Shown piece by piece: positions 37,209-50,974 of a stretch of DNA of 64,000 nt. Positions within the stretch are counted from its first letter, which is position 1. Each line of letters opens with the position of its first letter. The position numbers and the translations under genes are program-made. Origin of the DNA: Eledone cirrhosa (taxonomy: Eukaryota); contig OZ024741.1 in NCBI GenBank assembly GCA_964016885.1, forward strand, positions 216,442,001 through 216,506,000, written 5' to 3'. The notes under the pieces are model-generated. The model saw only the letters and a list, made by a program, of their open reading frames with translations. It was not told the origin of the DNA and did not search any database.

Positions 37209-39018
37209 CTTTGGGAGGGTCATGTTGCCAATAAGAAACACACGCACCAGTTGCTTTCACTTCAATTTATTATATATTTATAAATTTATAAATTTACAAA
37301 TCTACAAACTTATAAATTTCTGGTTGGTTGGTTGGTTCCACAACCAGATAGTTGTTTATATATAGTCATAGTCCTTTCGTCACACACTCTGTGACCTCTT
37401 CAGTGACTGGGGATTCCTTTCTTTGTTTCCGTGCCTTTCCTTTCTTCTGTCCTACGCCATTTTGTTTCTGTGTGTGTGTTGTGTGCTCAGTTTGCGCATG
37501 CGCCACATCCGGGTGTCTGTGTGTGTTTGTGTTCATTTATCTATTTGTTTATTTATTTACATGTTGTTGGTTGGTTGTTTGTTCTATGTGTGTGTGTGTT
37601 TTCATTTTGTCCTTAATTGTAAGTTGTGATGTTGCTGTTCCACTCATATTTTCTATTTAATTTTGGTTGTAATTCTTTTATGCTTACTGCCTCTGTAATT
37701 TGCCTAAACATTGCATCTTTTCTGTGTGTGGATTCTATTTTTATTTCTATGTTCTCTAATTTACCCTTGTGTTCTATCTCAGCATGTTGGTAGAGTACAG
37801 ATGATTCTTTATTATCTTGAAGGTCTCGCCAGTGTTCATTTATCCGTTCCCCTATACTACGAGCTGTCTCACCTATGTACACTATATTTTTGTTTCTACA
37901 TTGTCCTTCAGTACATCTTATGCTATACACTACATTTCTAGTTTTACAGTTAATATGGGGGCTTATTTTACAGGTTATACATTTCTTATCTATACATGAG
38001 GGTCTTTGGAACGGGTATGTCTTGCTAATAAGTGTTTTTACGGAGGTACCTGGTCTTTCTACTATCTTAATATTGAGTTTATGTTTATTTAGGGCCCTTC
38101 TAAATTTGTAGGCTAGTTCGCCTCTAGGGGTTGTATTGATGAACATTACACTCTGGTATTTATTGTATAGATAAGAAATGTATAACCTGTAAAATAAGGC
38201 CCCATATTAACTGTAAAACTAGAAATGTAGTGTATAGCATAAGATGTACTGAAGGACAATGTAGAAACAAAAATATAGTGTACATAGGTGAGACAGCTCA
38301 TAGTATAGGGGAACGGATAAATGAACACTGGCGAGACCTTCAAGATAATAAAGAATCATCTGTACTCTACCAACATGCTGAGATAGAACACAAGGGTAAA
38401 TTAGAGAACGTAGAAATAAAAATAGAATCCACACACAGAAAAGATGCAATGTTTAGGCAAATTACAGAGGCAGTAAGCATAAAAGAATTACAACCAAAAT
38501 TAAATAGAAAATATGAGTGGAACAGCAACATCACAACTTACAATTAAGGACAAAATGAAAACACACACACACATAGAACAAACAACCAACCAACAACATG
38601 TAAATAAATAAACAAATAGATAAATGAACACAAACACACACAGACACCCGGATGTGGCGCATGCGCAAACTGAGTACACAACACACACACAGAAACAAAA
38701 TGGCGTAGGACAGAAGAAAGGAAAGGCACAGAAACAAAGAAAGGAATCCCCAGTCACTGAAGAGGTCACAGAGTGTGTGACGAAAGGACTATGACTATAT
38801 ATAAACAACTATCTGGTTGTGGAACCAACCAACCAACCAGAAATTTATAAGTTTGTAGATTTGTAAATTTATAAATTTATAAATATATAATAAATTGAAG
38901 TGAAAGCAACTGGTGCGTGTGTTTCTTATTGGCAACATGACCCTCCCAAAGTATAACAATATCGGTTTCAACACACGATTTTAGATAAAGAATCTTGCTA
39001 AACAAATTCAGAAACGAA

Positions 39019-39020
<2 letters not shown>
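37205..39020. mobile_element. head-to-head inverted pair of Penelope 3' ends (same family as 20-24.7 kb)
   Basis: GIY-YIG ORFs at 37613-38146 (-) and 38230-38547 (+), junction at ~38165. HHRs at 37364-37408 (-) and 38752-38796 (+). Flanked by (TA)n. Confidence 0.95.
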
Positions 39021-39049
<29 letters not shown>

Positions 39050-39486
39050 GTTTATAACTGTGTGTGTTTATGAGTGTATATGTAGCCATTGAATAATTAT
39101 TACATATAATTACAAATGTAACAATGGTACTTAAAGTCGTGGTTCTTATGTAAAGAAAATCTCATGACATAGACGTCACGTTCTCTGAGATGAAAGAGGG
39201 GAGTTAACCTGGATATTATAATGTATTCTTTTATCTTATCATAAATCAAGAGAATATATGCATGGGCGCGCATATATGTGCCCGTGTGTCTATGCGTGTC
39301 TCTCTCTCTCTATCTGTGTGAGTGTGTGTGTGTGTGAGTGTGTGTGTGTTCTGGACTTCCGTCTGTTGCAACAATGATTATTTCATTTGTTTGAACAAGG
39401 GAAAATCCCTGTCTGAGAATTTAACACCTCATAGACGCGTGCACCTTTAATGTAATTATTCTCAGGGCGATTTAGCTTGACACAAT

Positions 39487-41700
39487 GTGTGTGTAGAGGG
39501 GTGTCGGTGTGTGGGGGGGTATGTGTGTGTAGGGGGTCTGTGTGTAGGGGGTGTCTGTGTATGTAGGGGGTGTATGTGTGGGGGGAGGGGTTATGTGTGT
39601 AGGGGGGGTCTGTGTGTGTGTAGGGGGTATGTGTGTGTAGGGGTGTGTGTGTAGGGGAGGGGGTTATGTGTGTAGGGGGGTCTGTGTGTGTAGGGGTTGT
39701 CTGCGTGTAGGGGGGTGTCTGTGTGTGTAGGGGATGCCTGTGTGTGTAGGGGTATCTGTGTGGGAGGTAGGTGTGTGTAGGGGGTGTCTGTGTGTATAGG
39801 GGTGTGTATGTGTGTGTAGGGGGTGTCTGTGTTTGTAGGGGGTGTCTGTGTGTGTAGGGGGTGTCTGTATGTGTAGAGGGTGTCTGTGTGTGTGAGGGGT
39901 GTATGTATGTGTAGGGGGTGTATGTGTGTGTAGGGGGTGTATGTGTGTAGGGGGTGTCTGTGTTTGTAGAGGGTGTCTGTGTGTGTAGGGGGTGTCTGTG
40001 TATGTAGAGGGTGTCTGTGTGTGTAAAGGGTGTCTGTGTGTGTAGGGGGTGTATGTGTGTGTAGGGGGTGTATGTGTGTGTAGGGGGTGTCTGTGTGTGT
40101 AGGGGGTGTCTGTGTGTGTAGAGGGTGTCTGTGTTTGTAGGGGCGTGTCTGTCTGTTTAGGGGGTGTCTGTGTGTATAAGGGGTGTCTGTGTGTGTCGGA
40201 GGTGTCTGTGTGTGTAGGGGGTGTCTGTGTGTGTAGGGGGTGTCTGTGTTTGTAGGGGGTGTCTGTGTGTGTAGGTGGTGTCTGTGTGTGTAGGGGGTGT
40301 CTGTGTTTGTAGGGGGTGTCTGTGTTTGTAGAGGGTGTCTGTATGTGTAGGGGGTGTATCTGTGTGTAGGGGGGGTGTCTGTGTGTGTAGGGGGTGTCTG
40401 TGTGTGTAGGGGGTGTCTGTGTGTGTAGAGGGTGTCTGTGTGTGTAAGTGGTGTCTGTGTGTGTAAGTGGTGTCTGTATGTGTAGGGGGTGTCTGTGTGT
40501 GTAGGGGTGTCTGTGTGTTTAGGGGGTGTCTGTGTGTGTAGAGGGTCTCTGTGTGTGTAAGGTGTGTCTGTGTGTGTAGGGGGTGTCCGTGTGTGTAGGG
40601 GCTGTCTGTGTGTGTAGAGGGTGTCTGTATTTGTAGGGGGTTTCTGTGTGTGTAGGGGGTGTCTGTGCGTGTAGGGGGTGTCTGTGTGTAGGGGGGTGTC
40701 TGTGTGTGTAGGGAGTATCTGTGTGTGCAGAGGGTGTCTGTGTGTGTAGAGGGTGTCTGTGTGTGTAGGGGGTGTCTGTGTGTGTAGGGGGATTTCTGTG
40801 TGTGTAGAGGGTGTCTGTGTTTGTAGGGGGTGTCTGTGGGTGTAGGGGGTGTCTGTGTTTGTAGGGGGTGTCTGTGTGTGTAGGGGGTGTCTGTGTATGT
40901 AGGGGGTGTCTCTGTGTGTAGGGGGTGTCTGTGTGTGTAGGGGGTGTCTGTGTGTGTAGGGGTGTCTGTGTGTGTAGGTGGTGTCTCTGTTTGTAGAGGG
41001 TGTCTGTGTGTGTTGGGGGTGTCTGTGTGTGTAGGGGGTTTCTGTGTGTGTAAGGGGTGTCTGTGTGTGTAGGGGGTGTCTTTGTGTGTAGGGGGTGTCT
41101 GTGTGTGTAGGGGGTGTCTGTGTTTGTAGGGGGTGTCTGTGTGTGTAGGGGGTGTCTGTGTGTGCAGAGGGTGTCTGTGTGTGTAGGGGGTGTCTGTGTG
41201 TGTAGGGGGATTTCTGTGTGTGTAGGGGGTGTCTGTGTTTGTAGGGGGTGTCTGCGTTTGTAGGGGGTGTCTCTGTGTGTAGGGGGTGTCTGTGTTTGTA
41301 GGGGGTGTCTGTGTATGTAGGGGGTGTCTGTGTGTGTAGGGGTTGTCTTTGTTTGTAGAGGGTGTCTGTGTGTGTAGGGGGTGTCTGTGTTTGTAGAGGG
41401 TGTCTGTGTGTGTAAGGGGTGTTTGTGTGTGTAGGGGGGGTCGGTGTTTGTAGGGGGGTGTCTGTGTGTGTAGGGGGTGTCTGTGTGTGTAGGGGTGTCT
41501 GTGTGTGTAGGGGGTGTCTGTGTGTGTAAGAGGTGTCTGTGTGTGTAAGGGGTGTCTGTGTGTGTAGGGGGTCTGTGTTTGTAGAGGGTGTCTGTGTGTG
41601 TTGGAGGTGTCTGTGTGTGTAGGGGGTGTCTGTGTCTGTAAGGGGTGTCTGTGTGTGTAGGGGGTGTCTGTGTTTGTGGGGGGGTCTGTGTGTGTTTGTG
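39487..41700. repeat. ~19-bp G/T-rich minisatellite (gggggtgtctgtgtgtgta)n
   Basis: Over 100 units. Accounts for the spurious 529-aa and 403-aa ORFs. Confidence 0.97.
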
Positions 41701-42449
41701 ACATGGCTGGATCTTTTGAATAACAGTCACAACACATTTTTACCATTTTGAGTGAACTGGAGGAACGTGAAATAAAGTGTCTTGCTCAAGAACAAAACGC
41801 ACCGCCCGTTCTGTGAATAGAATACATGACTTCACAATGTTAATAGCCTCATCCTAACCATTACGTCACACACCTACATTATATCAGGTATAACGCCTGA
41901 TATACCAACTCTCGGGTAGGTCGTTGTATCAACGACTGTATCGGGGCCACCTCACTATCACGTGAACAGCTCGACTGCTTTCTCTCTTTCATTCAATCTT
42001 TTCATCCCGTTCTCACCTTCACCGCCTCCGTCTCCGATTATTTTGTCCCTTTTCTAGATATCTCTCTATCTTTACGTACCACTTTAGAAGAAGAATGAGA
42101 GTGGAGAGAGAGGTACTGCACCCCAGTAACTTTACTGAAAGGTGGGTGAATGTGGAAAAAATGGCCCGAGTGATTGGGCCTTCTCTGTATATAAACCTGT
42201 AGGTTGAAGAAGAAAGCAAAAGGAAGAAAGGAGCACTTGCACAACATGCTCCTGGAGTTTTGGGTTGTTCTATCTACGGAGTATAAAACAACCCATTTGT
42301 AACGACTCCCCCCTATTGGGGATTTCAATTGTTATATTTTAATTTTAAAACTTTTTTTACACGACTGTATGTAAAATTCCCGCCATATGTCTTTGTATTG
42401 TCCCCTTTTCTTGTGAGCCCATGTGGCAAATAAAGAAATACATCTATAA

Positions 42450-42838
42450 ATCACTCTCACTACACCCTCTCTACTTCCATCTTCTACAAATCTACTGACT
42501 CCCACTTTTACCTCGATTTCAACTCCTCCCATGCAACCTATACCAAACTCTCTAAACACTACTCCCAATTTTTCCGTCTTCGTCGGCTCTGTAGCCAGGA
42601 CCACGATTTCGAAACTCATTCTCCTCGCATGGCCTCCCGCTTCATCCAGCATAGATATCCTCCGACCATGTTCCAAGCTGCCCTCACCCGCGCCCGTGAA
42701 ACTGATCGCGCCTCAGCCCTCTTATTTCACCACCGACCTCCCAACACCTTCTTTCCTTTCCTTCTAACTACCATCCCATCACCCGACTTCTCCGGCGACA
42801 TATTCTCCGTTTCTTCCGCAACATTGACGGATTCCCGC
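42450..42838 (+). pseudogene. Penelope (Neptune-type) RT thumb fragment
   Basis: FYKSTDSHFYLDFNSSH..YSQFFRLRRLCS..F..RF..R.YP. Confidence 0.75.
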
Positions 42839-42839
42839 C

Positions 42840-43252
42840 TACATTAGTGATCCCCTCTGGCTTCTCAACATTCTCTACCAGATATTTTGTTTTAGTCTCA
42901 TTCATTCTCAGCCCCACACTCATCGACACAGTCTCAACCTCCTGCATCAAATCCTCTGCCTCCTTCACTCTATTTGTCACCAAAACTATGTCGTCGGCAA
43001 ATTCAGCATCCGATATCTTTTTCACCTTAACTCTCCTGCTCTGAGCCGGTGCTACAGTAAAGCCAGAGTCGTGGTGTTTCTCCAGTGCAAGGCGCATACA
43101 ATAGTCCACTACGATGATAAAAAGGTAGGGAGCCAATGTATCTCCCTGGAGCACTCCAGCCAGTATCTCAAAGAACGTTGTCATCCCATCAGGTGTAATG
43201 ACTTGGGCTTTGGTTTTAGTGTAGAGCAGTGATATCAGGTCCACTATCTTCT

Positions 43253-43255
<3 letters not shown>
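42840..43255 (-). pseudogene. RTE-group LINE RT fragment
   Basis: AGVLQGDTLAPYLFIIVVDY..FADDI..GLRMNETKT. Confidence 0.9.
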
Positions 43256-43313
<58 letters not shown>

Positions 43314-43606
43314 AATACCAATTTTAACCAATCCTCTTGACAACTACAATCTTCCCATATAAGGAAGTACCCCCTTGAAAAGTTCGGCTATTTATTCACC
43401 AGGCTAAACATTCTAATTTAGTCCAGAAGAAGTTCGGCTATTTATTCACCAGGCTAAACATTCTAATTTAGTCCAGAAGTAGCCGTCGAAACGGCTTGAG
43501 CTCTGCCGTCGAGGTCATACTTTTTCCTATTTCCCACTCTACTACCCTAAGTATTGAGTACTCTGGTGCGTTATGGTCCATTTGGTTCTTTACCACAATT
43601 CCTTTG

Positions 43607-43666
<60 letters not shown>

Positions 43667-43667
43667 G

Positions 43668-46020
43668 TCCACCAAGAAGCTCCGGGACGTTATCCAGCCT
43701 TAACTTCTACAAGGCTAACTGGAAAAAGATTAAGAGAGTAATCCGGAAGCAAACATGGAGCGAAAACACCGCCACACAAGACACTAACACACAATTTAAA
43801 CATACACACAATGACAACGATACACATTATATGCAAAAAGTTTGTCCCTGAGAAAAAGGCAAACAGACACAAAAATCTTATTCCCAGAGATAGGAAAATC
43901 CTTATGAAACGTAGAACCAAGCTCTCAAACCAGTTGAATGCTCAACAAGAAAACAAAAACAAGAAGGAATCCTATTTGAAACGTGCACTACTTGGCACCG
44001 AGATTGCACTCAAACTTTCCCATGAAAATGAGAGGGCAAAGAAAGAGAACAGGGCCATAGAAAACATTAAAACAAACCCTAAGGCCTTCTTTAAATTTGC
44101 AAAAGAAACTGCCTCGGTACACTGCAAGATTGGGCCACTCTTCCATACAGACGGTTCATTAACTGAGAATCCCCAAGAGATATGTGAAATACTGAACGAA
44201 CAGTACAAAAGTGTGTTCACATGTCCACTGAAGCAGATGCAAATAACAAAGCCAGAGGAGTTCTTTGATGCCACAACACTACATGAAGAAATGACGACCA
44301 TCAACCACATAGACATAACGGAGGAGGATGTGGTGTACGCCATAGATGAAATTAGAACAGACTCAGCTGTTGGACCTGATGGATTCCCAGCAGTCCTCTT
44401 AAAAACATGTAAGCGGGCCTTAGCAACTCCACTGAAGATGCTCTTCAGAAGCTCCTTGGCTAGCGGTATCCTACTACCCAGGGAGCTGAAAGAAGGCACA
44501 ATATGCCCTATCCATAAAGGAAGTAGCAGAGCGGAGGCCAAAAACTATAGGCCAGTCTCCCTGACGTCGCATATCAGTAAGGTCTTTAGCGAGTCATCAG
44601 AAAGAAACTTATCACTTTCCTCGAGGAAAATGACCGCCTGACTAGTACGCAGCATGGCTTCCGCCCAGGAAAAAGCTGCCTTACACAGCTGCTACATCAC
44701 TACGACTGGGTATTGAAACAACTGCTAGACAGCTCACATGTAGACGTGATATATCTTGACTTTGCGAAGGCCTTTGACAAGGTTGACCACGGAATGATAT
44801 GTCACAAACTACACGGACGCGTCATAACTGGAAAAGTAGGTGAGTGGCTGCATGACTTCCTAAAGGACAGAAGCCAGACAGTCGCAGCAAACGGGGCCCT
44901 CTCAAAGGAAACACCAATAACAAGTGGGGTGCCCCAGGGGACAGTCGTGGAACCACTACTGTTTTTGGTGGCTCTCTCAGACATGCCCTCTGTAGAACAT
45001 ACAACAACATCCCTCACTAGCTATGCTGATGACACTAAGGTAGCACAGGCAATCAAAAACCCGGCTGACGCTGCCCTTTTACAACAAGATCTGGATGCCA
45101 TATACAAATGGGCGGAAGAAAACAACATGCAGTTTAATGCTGGCAAATTCCAAGCCCTACAATACAAACCTCCAAACAAACCTGCAAACACAAGTATAGT
45201 ACAACAAAACTACACAGGACCAGGAGGGACCGATATCCCCGTGTCAAAATCGATACGAGACCTGAGCATAGACATGAGCGATGATGCATCTTTTTCCTCA
45301 CACATCATGAAAGTGGCGACAATGTGCAGACGACTCGCTGGCTGGATCTTCAGGACTTTCCGGACAAGAGACCGAGACACCATGTTGACACTATGGAGGA
45401 CATTTGTCCTAAGCCGCCTGGACTACTGCTCCCAGTTGTTGTCACCCCATAGTGTCAAACTAACCACGGATCTTGAGGCAATCCAGCGAAGCTACACAAA
45501 GAGGATTGCCACGATGAAGGAGACAAGCTACTGGGAGAGGCTGAAAGAACTGAACCTCTACTCCTTGGAACACAGATGGGAGAGATACGCAGTGATCTAC
45601 ATGTGGAAAATCCTGGAGGGACTAGCACCAAACTTTGGCATTGGGAGTTGAACCAACCGTCGGACAGGACGTCACTGTGTTGTGCCAAAGGTCCCGTCTT
45701 CCACATCTAGAATAAGGAGCAGGTATTGCAATGGCCTGGGATTCAAGGGCCCTCAACTCTTCAACAAGCTGCCGAGGGATCTGAGAGATTTTCATGACGT
45801 GGAGGTGGATGTCTTCAAGAAACATCTCGACACCTTGCTATCCAGGTTCCCGGATGAGCCCACAGCAAGGCACGAGGGAAACCTAAGGGCAGCAGCAACA
45901 AACTCCCTCTTACAACAGTGGCCAACCTATACAGGCTGGAGATAAAATGTGTAGCAACAAGGGCGGAGCCCCAGCATGGCCTCAGCCGGATGGCTGGAAC
46001 AGGTAAAAGAGTAAAAGAGT
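43668..46020 (+). mobile_element. CR1-group LINE, 5'-truncated, frameshifted RT
   Basis: NYRPVSLTS, YLDFAKAFDKVDH, GVPQGTV, YADDTK, RLDYCSQL and SLEHRWERY, ending in a (gtaaaaga) tail. Confidence 0.92.
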
Positions 46021-46031
46021 ATGTATGTATG

Positions 46032-46078
<47 letters not shown>

Positions 46079-46081
<3 letters not shown>

Positions 46082-46790
46082 AATATCTTTAAGTCGTTTG
46101 GAAGCCTCGACAATGCAAATGGGTAAATCTACGGGTAACAAGATCCGGTGGTGGAGAGAGAGATGTAAGTGGGTGTACGTTGAGATGCGTGGTGTGTATG
46201 AGATGTGTGGAAGAATGAAGGAAAGAGTATAAAGGATAAAATAAAATAACAACACGAGAGAGAGTTACCTTGGGAGAGATTTAATAGTCCCTATATATTT
46301 CGGATTCACATCCATCAAATTCACATCCATTTAACAAACAGGCAGAGAATGGACTGACAGCTAGCGCCACCCCACTCCCTCATTCGGCCACTGACCTCTG
46401 CCCGACCGACCCCATTTCACGCGCATGCGCGCTCTGCCGAATACCTCAGATATTCAAAACAACAAACAGCAGAGGACGCGTTTCGCACTTGTCCGACAGA
46501 CAACCTTTCCCCCACCCCGGAAAAACCCCCAGTTGATGGATGTGAATCCGAAATATATAGGGACTATTAAATCTCTCCCAAGGTAACTCTCTCTCGTGTT
46601 GTTATTTTATTTTATCCTTTATACTCTTTCCTTCATTCTTCCACACATCTCATACACACCACGCATCTCAACGTACACCTACTTACATCTCTCTCTCCAC
46701 CACCGGATCTTGTTTGTCGAGGCTTCCAAACGACTTAAAGATATTTACTTATTATTCCACAATGCTTCAAGCAAACTTCAATACTCTCTT
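46079..46790. mobile_element. asymmetric fold-back element in (TA)n
   Basis: Arms ~46079-46318 and 46533-46750 around a GC-rich 210-bp spacer, with the right arm extended. Confidence 0.75.
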
Positions 46791-46829
46791 ATATATATAT
46801 ATATATATATGTATACAAACTATTATATA

Positions 46830-49800
46830 CACTCGTTTTTCCTTGGATATCTTCAAACAACCAAATAACCAAAAACTATTAACATCCTCAAACAACCAAA
46901 CTCACATCCATAAGAGCGAAAATATATATATATACACGATTCTTTAATTTCTTCAAATAACTGAAGTCTCACTCACGTATCAAATAACAAATATCTTAAA
47001 ACGCACACAAGGATAATAATAAACAAAAAACAAAAACAAAAATATGACTACTGACCAGCAAGCCCACAACGGACGAAATTGGTCTGAAAATGAAGTTGAC
47101 CTCTTAATAAACACATGGTTTTCTCTGTCACAAACATCAAACATTAACGCGTCATGTCTGAATGAAATTGCTGAAAAAACAGCCCAAACATTTACGACGA
47201 GATCTGCTAAGCAGATACACAAGGAACTAACACATGTAGAAGTCTCTTTCAAACTAATTCAAAACCATTTTGAAAAACTTCGACATATTTACTCCAATGG
47301 GCAAACACAACAACATTAACAACAACAACAGCCACAACAACAACAACAGCCACAACAACAACAACAGCCACAACAACAACAACAGCCACAACAACAACAG
47401 CCACAACTACAACAGCCACAACAACAACAGCCACAACAACAACTACAACAGCCACAACAACAACAGCCACAACAACAACGATAGCCAGAAAGCCAGGAGC
47501 AACCACTACTGAATTCAAGCATAATCGCTGAACTACTGAATGACAGTATCACTCAGCCACTCACTCAGCCATCATTAGCGCCATCACCATCATCACCGTC
47601 ACCATCTCCTGTCACATCTACATCTTCTGCCACACCAACTGCTAGTAATGGACCACTGCTCTCTCTCCCACCACAGTTGCCATCATCATCATCATCACCA
47701 CCAATGCTTTCTTCTCCCACATCACCACCACAACCATGCCATAGTCAAAATACTGAAACCCCCAAATATGCCGCTACTCACTACGTCAGAGGCTATGCAC
47801 ACGTAGCGACTGTATATTTACCCATTTACCGGGTACTAGGCGCACTAACACTGCCAGCCATCACCAAAGCACGCTGCCTGCACGTATAGGTCACAGTCCC
47901 AAAATCTGCCAACATTCCCAACGTGAGAGGCTATGTCTGCTGACTGACTGTCCCTTCACTCATCTTCCTGGGACACAACGCCCGAACAGAAAAGGGGCTT
48001 CATGCCAACCCACAAACCACAATAAAGCCACCCCCTGCTGCGGTAATGCTGCTCCAGTCTCCTCACAAAGACATGATTACAACAAGAAAAACAACAAAAG
48101 TAATGCAGCTCCAGTCTTGTCACAAAGACACGATCACAACAACAACAAAAATAACGCTGCTCCAGTCTTTTCACAAAGACACAATTACAACAAATACAAC
48201 AACAACAACAAAAGGGAACTGCAACCCTATCCAATGTTGTAACCACAAATCCAATCAAAAACTGCTCCCTGAACAAAAGAAAAATCTTTCTTTTTTAGCC
48301 ACCACACTAGCCTCCACATTCTTACTCAATACACAAGTTATCAGCCCATCGATCAATGCACAGAAATGGAAGATCCAATTCATTGAGGATTGGATTGGTA
48401 ACCATCCATTTCACATCCCCTTCTTCATTCTTACTGAGACCCACCTTGACAACTCCCACTTGGAGGCCGAAGTAAGAGTGAGAAATTTCACAACCATTTT
48501 CCTGTATGATTCCTTTACGGCAGATGGCAACACAACATTCTCTAATGGATACTGCAAATCAGTCACTGTGCACAATAAAGCCAATGACCTGACATTAGTT
48601 GGGCTCTATAGGCCGCCACAAACACCCATAATCTGTTTTAAAGAATGCCTCAACAGTATTAAATGCTTTATTAAACAGTGCCATTCTAGCAACATACTTT
48701 TGATGGGAGACTTTAATCTACCCTGTGTCGATTGGTCTACATGTAGTTTGAAACCAGGCTCCACAGCCTCAACCACTGACAAAGAGGCTGTCGAGTCACT
48801 TCTTGACTTCATGAATGAGTTTTTCTTGTCCCAACTTGTCCTTGCACAAACGAGGCATCAGAAGAAAATTCTGGATCTAGTGTTTAGTAACCACACTAAC
48901 ACTATACATAATATTACAGTGGAAAAAACCCTTCTCTCAGACCATGACATGGTTCTTTGTAACGTGAGATTCCACCAGCCGAAAGCTAATGCCAGGGTCC
49001 TCTCTCCAGCCCACCCATTTGATAACATGGATCTCCACAATGCCAACTGGGATGCAATTATGAACGAACTATTACATGTCGACTGGTCTTTTACACACGC
49101 ACACACTTCCACCAACATCAAAACAACTTGGCAGATCTTTGTAGACACTGTCACAAATATATGTACAAAACACACCCCACCAAAACCTGTGAACAAAACC
49201 AAGTGCAGTATCACCCAAAACAGAAAAACAATTATCAGAAAAATAAAAATAACAAACAAAAAAATTAACACACTAAAATACTGCCAACAGCAACACACAC
49301 ATTCAATGGCTATCGCCCTGCTTGAGTAAAAAAAAATAACCTCCAGCAATGCATGATGACCATCATCAATAACCAGAGAATAGCTGAAGAGAGGTGGGCC
49401 ATTGAGAAAATGAAACTCAACCCAAAGTGTTCTTCTCAATCGTTAAAAAACACAAGGTCACCGTCACCACTGTTGGCCCCCTAGTTGATGAAAATGGCAC
49501 ACTCCAAAACCATGGGCGAGATACTGCAGAAACAATACTGCTCTGTTTTCAGCAACCCTGATATGGCCGATCAGGGCCGTATCAGTGATATTAACCCCCA
49601 ACACACTATATCAGACATAACGTTTGGCGCCCCTGATGTCTTAGCGGCAATAAACGAAATTAAACACAATTAAGGAGTAGGCCCGACAGGTTCCCTGCTT
49701 GTGTCCTGAAGGTGTGTCGAAGGTGTGTCCTCTTGCTAATCTGTGGAGGAACTCACTGGACACTGGCTAAATTCCTGAAAACTTTCTGTCCCAGTCCGTT

Positions 49801-50893
49801 GTCCCTTCAAAAAAGGAAATAAGTCCCTTGCAGTGAACTACCGTCCGATCTCACTCACCTCTCATATTATCAAGGTATTTGAGAGGGTGGTGAGATCACG
49901 AATAAGCCACTTTCTTGAAAGCAACGGCCTGCTGAATGCCAACCAACATGGATTCCGTAATGGAAGGGACTGCCTAACGCAGCTCCTGCATCACTTTGAT
50001 GATGTTTTGAGAGCCTTGGGGGAGGGCTCCAACACTGATGTCATCTACCTTTATTTCAGCAAGGCCTTCGACAGGGTTGATCATAAGATTCTACTGAAAA
50101 AACTATCCAATGTTGGTGTCTCTGGAAGGTTAGTAGAGTGGATCAAATGTTTCCTGACAGGCAGAACCCAGCATGTTGTAGTTGAAAGAGTAAAATCAAG
50201 CCCTGCCAAAGTCAGTAGTGGCGTCCCACAAGGCACTGTGTTGGGCCCACTTCTTTTCATCATCTACATTAATGACATTACTGACATCATCAAACACAGC
50301 AACATCAGAATCTTCGCAGATGATTCCAAGCTCCAAAGGGTCATCAATGAGGTGGGTGACCGGACTTGCCTTCAGTCAGACCTACTGGCTGTTTTCCAAT
50401 GGGCAGAGATGAATAATATGCTGTTGAATGAGGATAAATTTGAACTAATCCACTTTAGAAAAAAGGATGCCCTGAAACTACCATACTCTCTTCCTTCGGA
50501 TCAAACTCTAGTAGCTTCCAATAACATCAGAGACCTGGGAGTAATTGTGGACAACAATATAAGCTGGGCCACTCATATAAACAGCAAAGTTGATATGGCC
50601 CGCAGAATGTGTTCCTGGATTCTCAGAACTTTCCAGTCGAGAGATATCCTTCTCTTCTCCACTTTTTCCCGACCCCACCTTGAATACTGTTGTCTACTGT
50701 GGTCACCCCACACGAAACAAAGTATCAAGAAATCCCGGATAAGCCTCCTACACCCGGATATGCCTCCGTAAAGAATAACTCTCTGTTCGAGTGGGCCATG
50801 GTGCCCAAACACTGATTTGTAAGACTTCGCCAGGTGGTGCTATTAAGTTAGACATGGCCTGGGACCATGTACCAAGGACCTCACACATTTTCC

Positions 50894-50895
<2 letters not shown>
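46830..50895 (+). mobile_element. near full-length CR1-group LINE (ORF1 + APE + RT), degraded
   Basis: ORF1 from 47044 (Myb-like, poly-Q/P, two CCCH fingers). APE motifs LTETHL, YRPP, GDFN, LDL and SDH. RT at 49833-50771 (KAFDRVDH, GVPQGTVLGP, FADD). Confidence 0.92.
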
Positions 50896-50947
<52 letters not shown>

Positions 50948-50974
50948 GTATATATATATACATATATACACATA

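Noticed and set aside
40157-41746. 529-aa and 403-aa T/H/P-rich ORFs
   Set aside because: Translations of a stop-free 19-bp minisatellite strand, with no protein signature.
43478-43520. agccgTCGAAAcggct (also 29240-29282 minus) as a hammerhead
   Set aside because: A simple hairpin with no CUGANGA or stem I nearby.
48291-48297. TTTTTTA slippery site at the CR1 ORF1/ORF2 junction
   Set aside because: The endonuclease continues in the zero frame in this copy, so a -1 shift would leave it.
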